64,000 nt of DNA from Mobula hypostoma (Eukaryota). A program made the position numbers and the translations under genes. This document shows positions 30,001 to 44,000 of this stretch, piece by piece (the stretch's first letter is position 1; each line of letters begins with the position of its first letter). Where the stretch lies: contig NC_086097.1 of NCBI RefSeq assembly GCF_963921235.1, positions 137,952,001 to 138,016,000 of the forward strand. The letters are read 5' to 3'. Under the pieces are notes generated by a model, which was given only the letters and a program-made list of their open reading frames with translations, made no database searches and had not been told where the DNA came from.

Positions 30001-33000
30001 GTACTGTCCATCCCACATTGTGACATTCCCTCCGTACTGTCAACACACAGTGCGACACTTGGTCAGTACTGCCCGTCCCACACTGTGACACTCCCTCAGT
30101 ACTACCCTTCCCAGGGTGTGAAATTCCCTCAGTGCTGTCCATCCCACAGAGTGACACTCCCTCAGTACTGTCCATCCCACAGTGTGACAGTCCCTCAGTA
30201 CTGTCTTTCCCACAATATGACACTCCCTCAGTACTGTCCATACCACAGTGTGACACTCCCTCAGTACCGTCCATCCCGCAATGTGACACTCCCTCAGTCT
30301 TGTCCATCTCACAGTGCGACACTCCGTCTGTACTGTCCATCCCACAGTGTGACCCTCCGTCAGTACTGTCTATCTTACAGTGTGACTCCCCCTCAGTACT
30401 CTCCATCCCACGGTGTGACACCCCCTCAGTACTGTCCATCCCACATTGTGACATTCCCTCCGTACTGTCCACACACAGTGCGACACTTGGTCAGTACTGC
30501 CCATCCCACACTGTGACACTCCCTCAGTACTACCCTTCCCAGGGTGTGAAATTCCCTCAGTGCTGTCCATCCCACAGAGTGACACTCCCTCAGTACTGTC
30601 CATCCCACAGTGTGACAGTCCCTCAGTACTGTCCATCCCACAGTATGACACTCCCTCAGTACTGTCCATCCCACAGTGTGACAGTCCCTCAGTACTGTCC
30701 ACACCACAGTGTGACACTCCCTCAGTACCGTCCATCCCCAAATGTGACACTCCCTCAGTCTTGTCCATCTCACAGTGCGACACTCCGTCTGTACTGTCCA
30801 TCCCACAGTGTGACCCTCTGTCAGTACTGTCCATCTCACAGTGTGACTCCCCCTCAGTACTGTCCATCCCACGGTGTGACACCCCCTCAGTACTGTCCAT
30901 CCCACATTGTGACATTCACTCCGTACTGTCCACACACAGTGCGACACTTGGTCAGTACTGCCCGTCCCACACTGTGACACTCCCTCAGTACTACCCTTCC
31001 CAGGGTGTGAAATTCCCTCAGTGCTGTCCATCCCACAGAGTGACACTCCCTCAGTACTTTCCATCCTGCAGTGTGACATTCCCTCCGTACTGTCCACACA
31101 CAGTGCGACACTTGGTCAGTACTGCCCGTCCCACACTGTGACACTCCCTCAGTACTGCCCTTCCCAGGGTGTGAAATTCCCTCAGTGCTGTCCATCCCAC
31201 AGCGTGACACTCCCTCAGTACTGTCCATCCCAGAGTGTGACACTCCCTCAGTACTGTCCATCTCACAGTGTGACACTCCCTCAGTACTGTCCATCCTACA
31301 GTGTGACACTCCCTCAGTACTGTCCACCCCACAGTGTGACACTCCCTCAGTACTGTCCATCTCACAGTGTGACAGTCCCTCAGTACTGTCCATCCCACAG
31401 TGTGACACTCCCTCAGTACCGTACATTCTACAGTCTGACGCTCTCTCAGTACCGTCCATTCCACAGTGTGACTCTCCCTCAGCACCGTCCATCCCCCAAT
31501 GTGACACTCCCTCAGTCTTGTCCATCTCACAGTGTGACACTCCCTCCGTACTGTCCACACACAGTGTGACACTCGCTCAGTACTGTCTGTCCCACACTGT
31601 GACACTCCCTCAGTACTGCCCTCCCGCGGTGTAAAATCCCCTCAGTTCTGTCCATCCCACAGAGTGACACTCCCTCAGTACTGTCTTTCCCACAGTGTGA
31701 CACTCCCTCTGTACCGTCCATCCCACAATGTGACACTCGCTCAATACTGTCCATCCCACAGAGTGACACTCCCTGAGTACTTTCCATCCGACGGTGTGAC
31801 ACCCCCTCAGTACTGTCCATCCCACGGTGTGACACTCCCCAGTACTGTCCATCCCACAGTGCGACACTCCCCAGTACTGTCCATCCCACAGTGCGACACT
31901 CCCTCTGTACTGTCCATCCCACAGTGTGACCCTCCGTCAGTACTGTCTATCTCACAGTGTGACTCCCCCTCAGTACTCTCCATCCCACGGTGTGACACCC
32001 CCTCAGTACTGTCCATCCCACATTGTGACATTCCCTCCGTACTGTCAACACACAGTGCGACACTTGGTCAGTACTGCCCGTCCCACACTGTGATACTCCC
32101 TCAGTACTACCCTTCCCAGGGTGTGAAATTCCCTCAGTGCTGTCCATCCCACAGAGTGACACTCCCTCAGTACTGTCCATCCCACAGTGTGACAGTTCCT
32201 CAGTACTGTCCACACCACAGTGTGACACTCCCTCAGTACCGTCCATCCCCCAATGTGACACTCCCTCAGTCTTGTCCATCTCACAGTGCGACACTCCGTC
32301 TGTACTGTCCATCCCACAGTGTGACCCTCCGTCAGTACTGTCCATCTCACAGTGTGACTCCCCCTCAGTACTGTCCATCCCACGGTGTGACACACCCTCA
32401 GTACTGTCCATCCTACAGTGTGACATTCCCTCTGTACTGTCCACACACAGTGCGACACTTAGTCAGTACTGCCCGTCCCACACTGTGAAACTCCCTCAGT
32501 ACTGCCCTTCCCAGGATGTGAAATTCCCTCAGTACTCTCCATCCCACAGAGTGACACTCCCTCAGTACTGTCCATCCTGCAGTGTGACATTCCCTCCGTA
32601 CTGTCCACACACAGTGCGACACTTGGTCAGTACTGCCCGTCCCACACTGTGACACTCCCTCAGTACTGCCCTTCCCAGGGTGTGAAATTCCCTCAGTGCT
32701 GTCCATCCCAGAGCGTGACACTCCCTCAGTACTGTCCATCCCACAGTGTGACACTCCCTCAGTACTGTCCATCTCACAGTGTGACACTCCCTCAGTACTG
32801 TCCATCCTACAGTGTGACACTCCCTCAGTACTGTCCACCCCACAGTGTGACACTCCCTCAGTACTGTCCATCTCACAGTGTGACAGTCCCTCAGTACTGT
32901 CCATCCCACAGTGTGACACTCCCTCAGTACCGTACATTCTACAGTCTGACGCTCTCTCAGTACCGTCCATTCCACAGTGTGACTCTCCCTCAGCACCGTC

Positions 33001-34888
33001 CATCCCCCAATGTGACACTCCCTCAGTCTTGTCCATCTCACAGTGTGACACTCCCTCCGTACTGTCCACACACAGTGTGACACTCGCTCAGTACTGTCTG
33101 TCCCACACTGTGACACTCCCTCAGTACTGCCCTCCCGCGGTGTAAAATCCCCTCAGTTCTGTCCATTCCACAGAGTGACACTCCCTCAGTACTGTCTTTC
33201 CCACAGTGTGACACTCCCTCTGTACCGTCCATCCCAGAATGTGACACTCGCTCAATACTGTCCATCCCACAGAGTGACACTCCCTGAGTACTTTCCATCC
33301 GACGGTGTGACACCCCCTCAGTACTGTCCATCCCACGGTGTGACACTCCCCAGTACTGTCCATCCCACAGTGCGACACTCCCCAGTACTGTCCATCCCAC
33401 AGTGCGACACTCCCTCTGTACTGTCCATCCCACAGTGTGACCCTCCGTCAGTACTGTCTATCTCACAGTGTGACTCCCCCTCAGTACTCTCCATCCCACG
33501 GTGTGACACCCCCTCAGTACTGTCCATCCCACATTGTGACATTCCCTCCGTACTGTCAACACACAGTGCGACACTTGGTCAGTACTGCCCGTCCCACACT
33601 GTGATACTCCCTCAGTACTACCCTTCCCAGGGTGTGAAATTCCCTCAGTGCTGTCCATCCCACAGAGTGACACTCCCTCAGTACTGTCCATCCCACAGTG
33701 TGACAGTTCCTCAGTACTGTCCACACCACAGTGTGACACTCCCTCAGTACCGTCCATCCCCCAATGTGACACTCCCTCAGTCTTGTCCATCTCACAGTGC
33801 GACACTCCGTCTGTACTGTCCATCCCACAGTGTGACCCTCCGTCAGTACTGTCCATCTCACAGTGTGACTCCCCCTCAGTACTGTCCATCCCACGGTGTG
33901 ACACACCCTCAGTACTGTCCATCCTACAGTGTGACATTCCCTCTGTACTGTCCACACACAGTGCGACACTTAGTCAGTACTGCCCGTCCCACACTGTGAA
34001 ACTCCCTCAGTACTGCCCTTCCCAGGATGTGAAATTCCCTCAGTACTCTCCATCCCACAGAGTGACACTCCCTCAGTACTGTCCATCCTGCAGTGTGACA
34101 TTCCCTCCGTACTGTCCACACACAGTGCGACACTTGGTCAGTACTGCCCGTCCCACACTGTGACACTCCCTCAGTACTGCCCTTCCCAGGGTGTGAAATT
34201 CCCTCAGTGCTGTCCATCCCAGAGCGTGACACTCCCTCAGTACTGTCCATCCCACAGTGTGACACTCCCTCAGTACTGTCCATCTCACAGTGTGACACTC
34301 CCTCAGTACTGTCCATCCTACAGTGTGACACTCCCTCAGTACTGTCCACCCCACAGTGTGACACTCCCTCAGTACTGTCCATCTCACAGTGTGACAGTCC
34401 CTCAGTACTGTCCATCCCACAGTGTGACACTCCCTCAGTACCGTACATTCTACAGTCTGACGCTCTCTCAGTACCGTCCATTCCACAGTGTGACTCTCCC
34501 TCAGCACCGTCCATCCCCCAATGTGACACTCCCTCAGTCTTGTCCATCTCACAGTGTGACACTCCCTCCGTACTGTCCACACACAGTGTGACACTCGCTC
34601 AGTACTGTCTGTCCCACACTGTGACACTCCCTCAGTACTGCCCTCCCGCGGTGTAAAATCCCCTCAGTTCTGTCCATTCCACAGAGTGACACTCCCTCAG
34701 TACTGTCTTTCCCACAGTGTGACACTCCCTCTGTACCGTCCATCCCAGAATGTGACACTCGCTCAATACTGTCCATCCCACAGAGTGACACTCCCTGAGT
34801 ACTTTCCATCCGACGGTGTGACACCCCCTCAGTACTGTCCATCCCACGGTGTGACACTCCCCAGTACTGTCCATCCCACAGTGCGACA
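1..34888. repeat. 33-bp satellite array (satellite A), about 1050 monomers, with higher-order structure; runs off the window start and into the gap
   Basis: Continuous tandem copies of CACAGTGTGACACTCCCTCAGTACTGTCCATCC with recurrent variants and occasional 31/32-bp monomers. The ORF track shows 11-aa periodicity (SVTLPQYCPSH, QCDTPSVLSIP, MDSTEGVSHCG, WTVLRECHTVG). Confidence 0.99.
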
Positions 34889-35088
34889 NNNNNNNNNNNN
34901 NNNNNNNNNNNNNNNNNNNNNNNNNNNNNNNNNNNNNNNNNNNNNNNNNNNNNNNNNNNNNNNNNNNNNNNNNNNNNNNNNNNNNNNNNNNNNNNNNNNN
35001 NNNNNNNNNNNNNNNNNNNNNNNNNNNNNNNNNNNNNNNNNNNNNNNNNNNNNNNNNNNNNNNNNNNNNNNNNNNNNNNNNNNNNNNN
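34889..35088. other. Assembly gap (exactly 200 N); true size and relative orientation of the flanks unknown
   Basis: Run of 200 N. The round number is typical of a scaffolding placeholder. Confidence 0.99.
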
Positions 35089-38000
35089 GGGAGGGTCACG
35101 GTGATGGAACGAGGGAATGAGGGAGAGTCACGGTGATGGAACGAGAGAATGAGGGAGGGTCACGGTGATGGAACGAGGGAATGAGGGAGGGTCACAGTGA
35201 TGGAACGAGAGAATGAGGGAGGGTCACAGTGATGGAACGAGGGAATGAGGGAGGGTCACGGTGATGGAACGAGAGAATGAGGGAGGGTCACGGTGATGGA
35301 ACGAGAGAATGAGGGAGGGTCACGGTGATGGAACGAGGGAATGAGGGAGGGTCACGGTGATGGGAACAGAATGAGGGAGAGTCACAGTGATGGAACAAGA
35401 GAATGAGGGAGGGTCACGGTGATGGAACGAGTGAATGAGGGAGAGTCACAGTGATGGAACGAGAGAATGAGGGAGGGTCACGGTGATGGAACGAGAGAAT
35501 GAGGGAGAGTCACGGTGATGGAACGAGGGAATGAGGGAGGGTCACGGTGATGGAACGAGAGAATGAGGGAGGGTCACAGTGATGGAACGAGGGAATGAGG
35601 GAGGGTCACGGTGATGGAACGAGGGAATGAGGGAGGGTCACGGTGATGGAACGAGGGAATGAGGGAGGGTCACGGTGATGGAACGAGAGAATGAGGGAGG
35701 GTCACGGTGATGGAACGAGAGAATGAGGGAGGGTCACGGTGATGGAACGAGAGAATGAGGGAGGGTCACGGTGATGCCATGAGGGAATAAGGGAGGGTCA
35801 CGGTGATGGAACGAGGGAATGAGGGAGGGTCACGGTGATGGAAAAAGGGAATGAGGGAGAGTCACTATGATGGAACGAGAGAATGAGGGAGCGTCACGGT
35901 GATGGAATGAGAGAATGAGGGAGGGTCACGTTGATTGAACGAGAGAATGAGCGAGGGTCATGGTGATGGAACGAGGCAATGAAGGAGAGTCACGGTGATG
36001 GAACAAGAGAATGAGGGAGAGTCACGGTGATGCAACGAGAGAATGAGGGAGAGTCACGATGATGGACCGAGAGAATGAGGGAGAGTCACGGTGATGGAAC
36101 GAGAGAATGAGAGAGGGTCACGGTGATGGAACGAGAGAATTAGTGAGGGTCACGGTGATGGAACAAGAGAATAAGGGAGTGTCTCGGAGATGGAACGAGA
36201 GAATGAGGGAGGGTCACGGTGATGCCACGAGGGAATAAGGGAGGGTCACGGTGATGGAACGAGAGAATGAGGGAGGGTCACGGTGATGGAACGAGGGAAT
36301 GATGGAGAGTCACGGTGATGGAATTAGAGAATGAGGGAGGGTCACAGTGATGGAACGAGGGAATGAGGAAGGGTTACTGTGATGGAACGAGAGAATGAGG
36401 GAGGGTCACTGTGATGGAACGAGGGAATGTGGGAGGGTCACGGTGATGGAACGAGGGAATGAGGGAGAGTCACGGTGATGGAACAAGAGAATGAGGGAGA
36501 GTCACGGTGATGGAACGAGAGAATTAGTGAGGGTCACGGTGATGGAACAAGAGAATAAGGGAGTGTCTCGGAGATGGAACGAGAGAATGAGGGAGGGTCA
36601 CGGTGATGCCACGAGGGAATAAGGGAGGGTCACGGTGATGGAACGAGAGAATGAGGGAGGGTCACGGTGATGGAACGAGGGAATGAGGGAGAGTCACGGT
36701 GATGGAATTAGAGAATGAGGGAGGGTCACAGTGATGGAACGAGGGAATGAGGAAGGGTTACTGTGATGGAACGAGAGAATGAGGGAGGGTCACTGTGATG
36801 GAACGAGGGAATGTGGGAGGGTCACGGTGATGGAACGAGGGAATGAGGGAGCGTCTCGGTGATGGAACGAGAGAATGAGTTAGAGTCACGGTGATGGAAC
36901 GAGAGAATGAGGGAGGGTCACGTTGTTGGAACGAGGTAATGAGGGAGGGTCACGGTGATGGAACGAGAGAATGAGGGAGGGTCACGGTGATGGAACGTGG
37001 GAATGAGGGAGGGTCACGGTGATGGAATGAGGGAATGAGGGAGAGTCACGGTGCTGGAACGAGAGAATGAGGGAGGGTCACGGTGATGGAACGAGGGAAT
37101 GAGGAAGGGTCACTGTGATGGAATTAGAGAATGAGGGAGGGTCACAGTGATGGAAAGAGGGAATGAGGAAGGGTTACTGTGATGGAATTAGAGAATGAGG
37201 GAGGGTCACGGTGATGCAACGAGAGAATGAGGGAGGGTCACTGTGATGGAATTAGAGAATGAGGGAGGGTCACAGTGATGGAAACAGAATGAGGGAGAGT
37301 CACAGTGATGAACAAGAGAATGAGGGAGGGTCACGGTGATGGAATGAGGGAAGGAGGGAGGGTCACAGTGATGGATCGAGAGAATGAGGGAGCGTCACGG
37401 TGATGGAATGAGAGAATGAGGGAGAGTCACGGTGATGGAACGCGGGAATGAGGGAGGGTCATGGTGATGGGAACAGAATTAGGGTGGGTCACAGTGATGG
37501 AACGAGGGATTGAGGGAGGGTCACGGTGATGGAACGAGGGAATGAGGGTGGGTCACGGTGATGGAATGAGGGAATGAGGGAGGGTCAAGGTGATGGAACG
37601 AGAGAATGAGTGAGGGTCACGGTGATGGAACAAGAGAATGAGGGAGGGGCTCGGAGATGGAACGAGAGAATGAGGGAGGGTCACGGTGATGCCATGAGGG
37701 AATAAGGGAGGGTCACGGTGATGGAACGAGGGAATGAGGGAGGGTCACGGTGATGGAAAAAGGTAATGAGGGAGAGTCACTATGATGGAACGAGAGAATG
37801 AGGGAGCGTCACGGTGATGGAATGAGAGAATGAGGGAGGGTCACGTTGATTGAACGAGAGAATGAGGGAGGGTCATGGTGATGGAACGAGAGAATGAGGG
37901 AGGGTCACAGTGATGGAACGAGGGAATGAGGGAGGGTCACGGTGATGGAACGAGAGAATGAGGGAGGGTCACGTTGATTGAACGAGAGAATGAGGGAGGG

Positions 38001-41000
38001 TCATGGTGATGGAACGAGAGAATGAGGGAGGGTCACGGTGATGGAACGAGGGAATGAGGGAGAGTCACACTGATGGAATGAGGGAAAGAGGAAGGGTCAC
38101 GCTGATGGATCGAGGGAATGAGGGATGGTCACGGTGATGGAACGAGAGAATGAGGGAGGGTCACGGTGATGGGAACAGAATGAGGGAGAGTCAAGGTGAT
38201 GGAACGAAGGAATGAGGGTGAGTCACAGTGATAGAACGAGGGAATGAGGGAGGGTCACAGTGATGGAACGAGAGAATGAGGGAGGGTCACAGTGATGGAA
38301 CGAGAGAATGAGGGAGGGTCACAATGATGGAACGAGTGAATTAGGGAGGGTCACAGTGATGGAACGAGGGAATGAGGGAGGGTCACGGTGATGGAACGAG
38401 GGAATGAGGGAGGGTAACGGTGATGTAACGAGAGAATGAGGGAGGGTCACGCTAATGGAACGAGAGAATGAGGGAGATTCACGGTGATGGAACGAGAGAA
38501 TGTGGGAGGGTCACGGTGATGGAACGAGGGAATGAGGGAGAGTCACAGTGATGGAACGAGAGAATGAGGGAGGGTCACGGTGATGCAACGAGGGAATGAG
38601 GGAGGGTCACGGTGATGGAGGGACAGAATGAGAGAGGGTCAAGGAGGTGGAACGAGAGAATGAGGGAGGGTCACGGTGATGGAACGAGGGAATGAGGGAG
38701 GGTCACGGTGATGGAATGAGAGAATGTGGCAGGGTCATGCTGATGGAACGAGGGAATGAGGGAGGGTCATGGTGATGGAACGAGGGAATGAGGGAGGGTC
38801 ACAGCGATGGAACGAGAGAATGACGGAGGGCCACGGTGATGGGAACAAAATGAGGGAGGGTCACAGTGATGGAACGAGAGAATGAGGGAGGGTCACGGTG
38901 ATGGAGTCAGGGAATGAGGGAGAGTCACGTTGATTGAACGAGAGAATGAGGGAGGGTCATGGTAATGGAACGAGAGAATGAGGGAGGGTCACGGTGATGG
39001 AACGAGGGAATGAGGGAGAGTCACGCTGATGGAATGAGTGAAAGAGGAAGGGTCACGCTGATGGATCGAGGGCATGAGGGATGGTCACGGTGATGGAACG
39101 AGAGAATAAGGGAGGGTCACGGTGATGGGAACAGAATGAGGGAGAGTCAAGGTGATGGAACGAGGGAATGAGGGAGGGTCACGCTAATGGAACGAGAGAA
39201 TGAAGGAGATTCACGGTGATGGAACGAGGGAATGAGGGAGGGTCACGGTGATGGAACGAGGGAATGAGGGAGGGTCACGGTGATGGGACGAGGGAATGAG
39301 GGAGGGTCACGGTGATGGAACGAGAGAATGAGGGACGGTCACAGTGATGGAACGTGAGAATGAGGGGGGGTCACGGTGATGGAACGAGGGAATGAGGGAG
39401 AGTCACAGTGATGGAACGAGAGAATGAGGGAGGGTCACGGTGATGCAACGAGGGAATGAGGGAGGGTCACGGTGATGGAGGGACAGAATGAGAGAGGGTC
39501 AAGCAGATGGAACGAGAGAATGAGGGAGAGTCACGGTGATGGAACAAGAGAATGAGGTAGATGATGGAACGAGAGAATAAGGGAAGGTCACAGTGATGGA
39601 ACGAGAGAATGAGGGAGGGTCACAATGATGGAACGAGTGAATTAGGGAGGGTCACAGTGATGGAACGAGGGAATGAGGGAGGGTCACGGTGATGGAACGA
39701 GGGAATGAGGGAGGGTAACGGTGATGTAACGAGAGAATGAGGGAGGGTCACGCTAATGGAACGAGAGAATGAGGGAGATTCACGGTGATGGAACGAGAGA
39801 ATGTGGGAGGGTCACGGTGATGGAACGAGGGAATGAGGGAGAGTCACAGTGATGGAACGAGAGAATGAGGGAGGGTCACGGTGATGCAACGAGGGAATGA
39901 GGGAGGGTCACGGTGATGGAGGGACAGAATGAGAGAGGGTCAAGGAGGTGGAACGAGAGAATGAGGGAGGGTCACGGTGATGGAACGAGGGAATGAGGGA
40001 GGGTCACGGTGATGGAATGAGAGAATGTGGCAGGGTCATGCTGATGGAACGAGGGAATGAGGGAGGGTCACGGTGATGGAACGAGGGAATGAGGGAGGGT
40101 CACAGTGATGGAACGAGGGAATGAGGGAGGGTCACGGTGATGGGAACAAAATGAGGGAGGATCACAGTGATGGAACGAGAGAATGAGGGAGGGTCACGGT
40201 GATGGAGTCAGGGAATGAGGGAGAGTCACGTTGATTGAACGAGAGAATGAGGGAGGGTCATGGTAATGGAACGAGAGAATGAGGGAGGGTCACGGTGATG
40301 GAACGAGGGAATGAGGGAGAGTCACGCTGATGGAATGAGTGAAAGAGGAAGGGTCACGCTGATGGATCGAGGGCATGAGGGATGGTCACGGTGATGGAAC
40401 GAGAGAATAAGGGAGGGTCACGGTGATGGGAACAGAATGAGGGAGAGTCAAGGTGATGGAACGAGGGAATGAGGGAGGGTCACGCTAATGGAATGAGAGA
40501 ATGAAGGAGATTCACGGTGATGGAACGAGGGAATGAGGGAGGGTCACGGTGATGGAACGAGGGAATGAGGGAGGGTCACGGTGATGGGACAAGGGAATGA
40601 GGGAGGGTCACGGTGATGGAACGAGAGAATGAGGGACGGTCACAGTGATGGAACGTGAGAATGAGGGGGGGTCACGGTGATGGAACGAGGGAATGAGGGA
40701 GAGTCACAGTGATGGAACGAGAGAATGAGGGAGGGTCACGGTGATGCAACGAGGGAATGAGGGAGGGTCACGGTGATGGAGGGACAGAATGAGAGAGGGT
40801 CAAGCAGATGGAACGAGAGAATGAGGGAGAGTCACGGTGATGGAACAAGAGAATGAGGGAGATGATGGAACGAGAGAATGAGGGAGAGTCACAGTGATGG
40901 AACGAGAGAATGAGGGAGAGTCACAGTGATGGAACGAGAGAATGAGGGTGAGTCACAGTGATGGAACGAGGGAATGAGGGTGAGTCACAGTGATAGAATG

Positions 41001-44000
41001 AGGGAATGAGGGAGGGTGACAGAGATGGAATTAGAGAATGAGGAATAGTCACGTTGATTGAACGAGAGAAGGAGGGAGGGTCACGCTGATGGATCGAGGG
41101 AATGAGGGATGGTCACGGTAATGGAACGAGAGAAGGAGGGAGGGTCACGCTGATGGATCGAGGGAATGAGGGATGGTCACGGTAATGGAACGAGAGAATG
41201 AGGGAGGGTCACGTTGATGGATCGAGGGAATGAGGGATGGTCACGGTAATGGAACGAGGAATGAGGGAGGGTCACGCTGATGGATCGAGGGAATGAGGGA
41301 TGGTCACGGTAATGGAACGAGAGAATGAGGGAGGGTCACGTTGATGGATCGAGGGAATGAGGGATGGTCACGGTAATGGAACGAGAGAATGAGAGAGGGT
41401 CACGCTGATGGATCGAGGGAATGAGGGATGGTCACGGTAATGGAACGAGAGAATGAGGGAGGGTCACGCTGATGGATCGAGGGAATCAGGGATGGTCACG
41501 GTAATGGAACGAGAGAATGAGGGAGGGTCACGCTGATGGATCGAGGGAATGAGGGATGGTCACGTTAATGGAACGTGAGAATGAGGGAGGGTCACGGTGA
41601 TGGGAACAGAATGAGGGAGAGTCATGGTGATGGAACGAAAGAATGAGGGAGAGTCACAGTGATAGAACGAGGGAATGAGGGAGGGTCACGGTGATGGAAT
41701 GAGAGAATGAGGAAGAGTCACAGTGACGGAACGAGGGAATGAGGGAGGGTCACGGTGATGGAACGAGGGAATGGAGGAGGGTCACGGTGATGGAACGAGG
41801 GAATGAGGGAGAGTCACAGTGATGGAACGAGGGAATGAGGGAGAGTCACATTGATGGAACGAGAGAAAGAGGGAGAATCACAGTGATGGAACGAGAGAAT
41901 GAGGAAGGGTCACGGCGATGGAGGGACAGAATGAGGGAGGGTCATGGTGATGGAACGAGATAATTAGGGAGAATCACTGTGATGTAACGAGAGAATGAGC
42001 GAGGGTCACGTTGATTGAACGAGAGAATGAGCGAGGGTCATGGTGATGGAACGAGGCAATGAAGGAGAGTCACGGTGATGGAACAAGAGAATGAGGGAGA
42101 GTCACGGTGATGCAACGAGAGAATGAGGGAGAGTCACGATGATGGACCGAGAGAATGAGGGAGAGTCACGGTGATGGAACGAGAGAATGAGAGAGGGTCA
42201 CGGTGATGGAACGAGAGAATTAGTGAGGGTCACGGTGATGGAACAAGAGAATAAGGGAGTGTCTCGGAGATGGAACGAGAGAATGAGGGAGGGTCACGGT
42301 GATGCCACGAGGGAATAAGGGAGGGTCACGGTGATGGAACGAGAGAATGAGGGAGGGTCACGGTGATGGAACGAGGGAATGAGGGAGAGTCACGGTGATG
42401 GAATTAGAGAATGAGGGAGGGTCACAGTGATGGAACGAGGGAATGAGGAAGGGTTACTGTGATGGAACGAGAGAATGAGGGAGGGTCACTGTGATGGAAC
42501 GAGGGAATGTGGGAGGGTCACGGTGATGGAACGAGGGAATGAGGGAGCGTCTCGGTGATGGAACGAGAGAATGAGTTAGAGTCACGGTGATGGAACGAGA
42601 GAATGAGGGAGGGTCACGTTGTTGGAACGAGGTAATGAGGGAGGGTCACGGTGATGGAATGAGGGAGGATCACGGTGATGGAACGTGGGAATGAGGGAGG
42701 GTCACGGTGATGGAATGAGGGAATGAGGGAGAGTCACGGTGCTGGAACGAGAGAATGAGGGAGGGTCACGGTGATGGAACGAGGGAATGAGGAAGGGTCA
42801 CTGTGATGGAATTAGAGAATGAGGGAGGGTCACAGTGATGGAAAGAGGGAATGAGGAAGGGTTACTGTGATGGAATTAGAGAATGAGGGAGGGTCACGGT
42901 GATGCAACGAGAGAATGAGGGAGGGTCACTGTGATGGAATTAGAGAATGAGGGAGGGTCACAGTGATGGAAACAGAATGAGGGAGAGTCACAGTGATGAA
43001 CAAGAGAATGAGGGAGGGTCACGGTGATGGAATGAGGGAAGGAGGGAGGGTCACAGTGATGGATCGAGAGAATGAGGGAGCGTCACGGTGATGGAATGAG
43101 AGAATGAGGGAGAGTCACGGTGATGGAACGCGGGAATGAGGGAGGGTCACGGTGATGGAACGAGGGAATGTGGGAGGTTCACGGTGATGGAACGAGGGAA
43201 TGAGGGATGGTCACGGTGATGGACGAGAGAATGAGTTAGAGTTACGGTGATGGAACGAGAGAATGAGGGAGGGTCACGTTGTTGGAACGAGGTAATGAGG
43301 GAGGATCACGGTGATGGAACGAGGGAATGAGGGAGGGTCACGGTGATGGAATGAGGGAATGAGGGAGAGTCACGGTGCTGGAACGAGAGAATGAGGGAGG
43401 GTCACGGTGATGGAACGAGGGAATGAGGAAGGGTCACTGTGATGGAATTAGAGAATGAGGGAGGGTCACGGTGATGCAACGAGAGAATGAGGGAGGGTCA
43501 CTGTGAGGGAATTAGAGAATGAGGGAGGGTCACAGTGATGGAAACAGAATGAGGGAGAGTCACAGTGATGAACAAGAGAATGAGGGAGGGTCACGGTGAT
43601 GGAATGAGGGAAGGAGGGAGGGTCACAGTGATGGATCGAGAGAATGAGGGAGGGTCACGGTGATGGAATGAGAGAATGAGGGAGAGTCACGGTGATGGAA
43701 CGCGGGAATGAGGGAGGGTCACGGTGATGGGAAAAGAATGAGGGAGGGTCACAGTGATGGAACGAGGGATTGAGGGAAGGTCACGGTGATGGAACGAGGG
43801 AATGAGGGAGGGTCAAGGTGATGGAACGAGGGAATGAGGGTGGGTCACGGTGATGGAATGAGGGACTGAGGGAGGGTCACGATGATGGAACGAGAGAATG
43901 AGGGAGAGTCACAATGATGGAACGAGAGAATGAGGGAGGGTCACGGTGATGGAATGAGGGAGGGTCACGGTGATGGAACGAGAGAATGAGGGAGGGTCAC

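Noticed and set aside
15..34888. Hundreds of long Cys/His/Pro-rich ORFs (up to 808 aa) resembling a mucin or metal-binding repeat protein
   Set aside because: A 33-bp monomer is stop-free in four of six frames. ORFs overlap on both strands and switch frame at 31/32-bp monomers, and there are no unique domains or splice structure.
34632..35120. ORFs crossing the N run
   Set aside because: Artefacts of the assembly gap.
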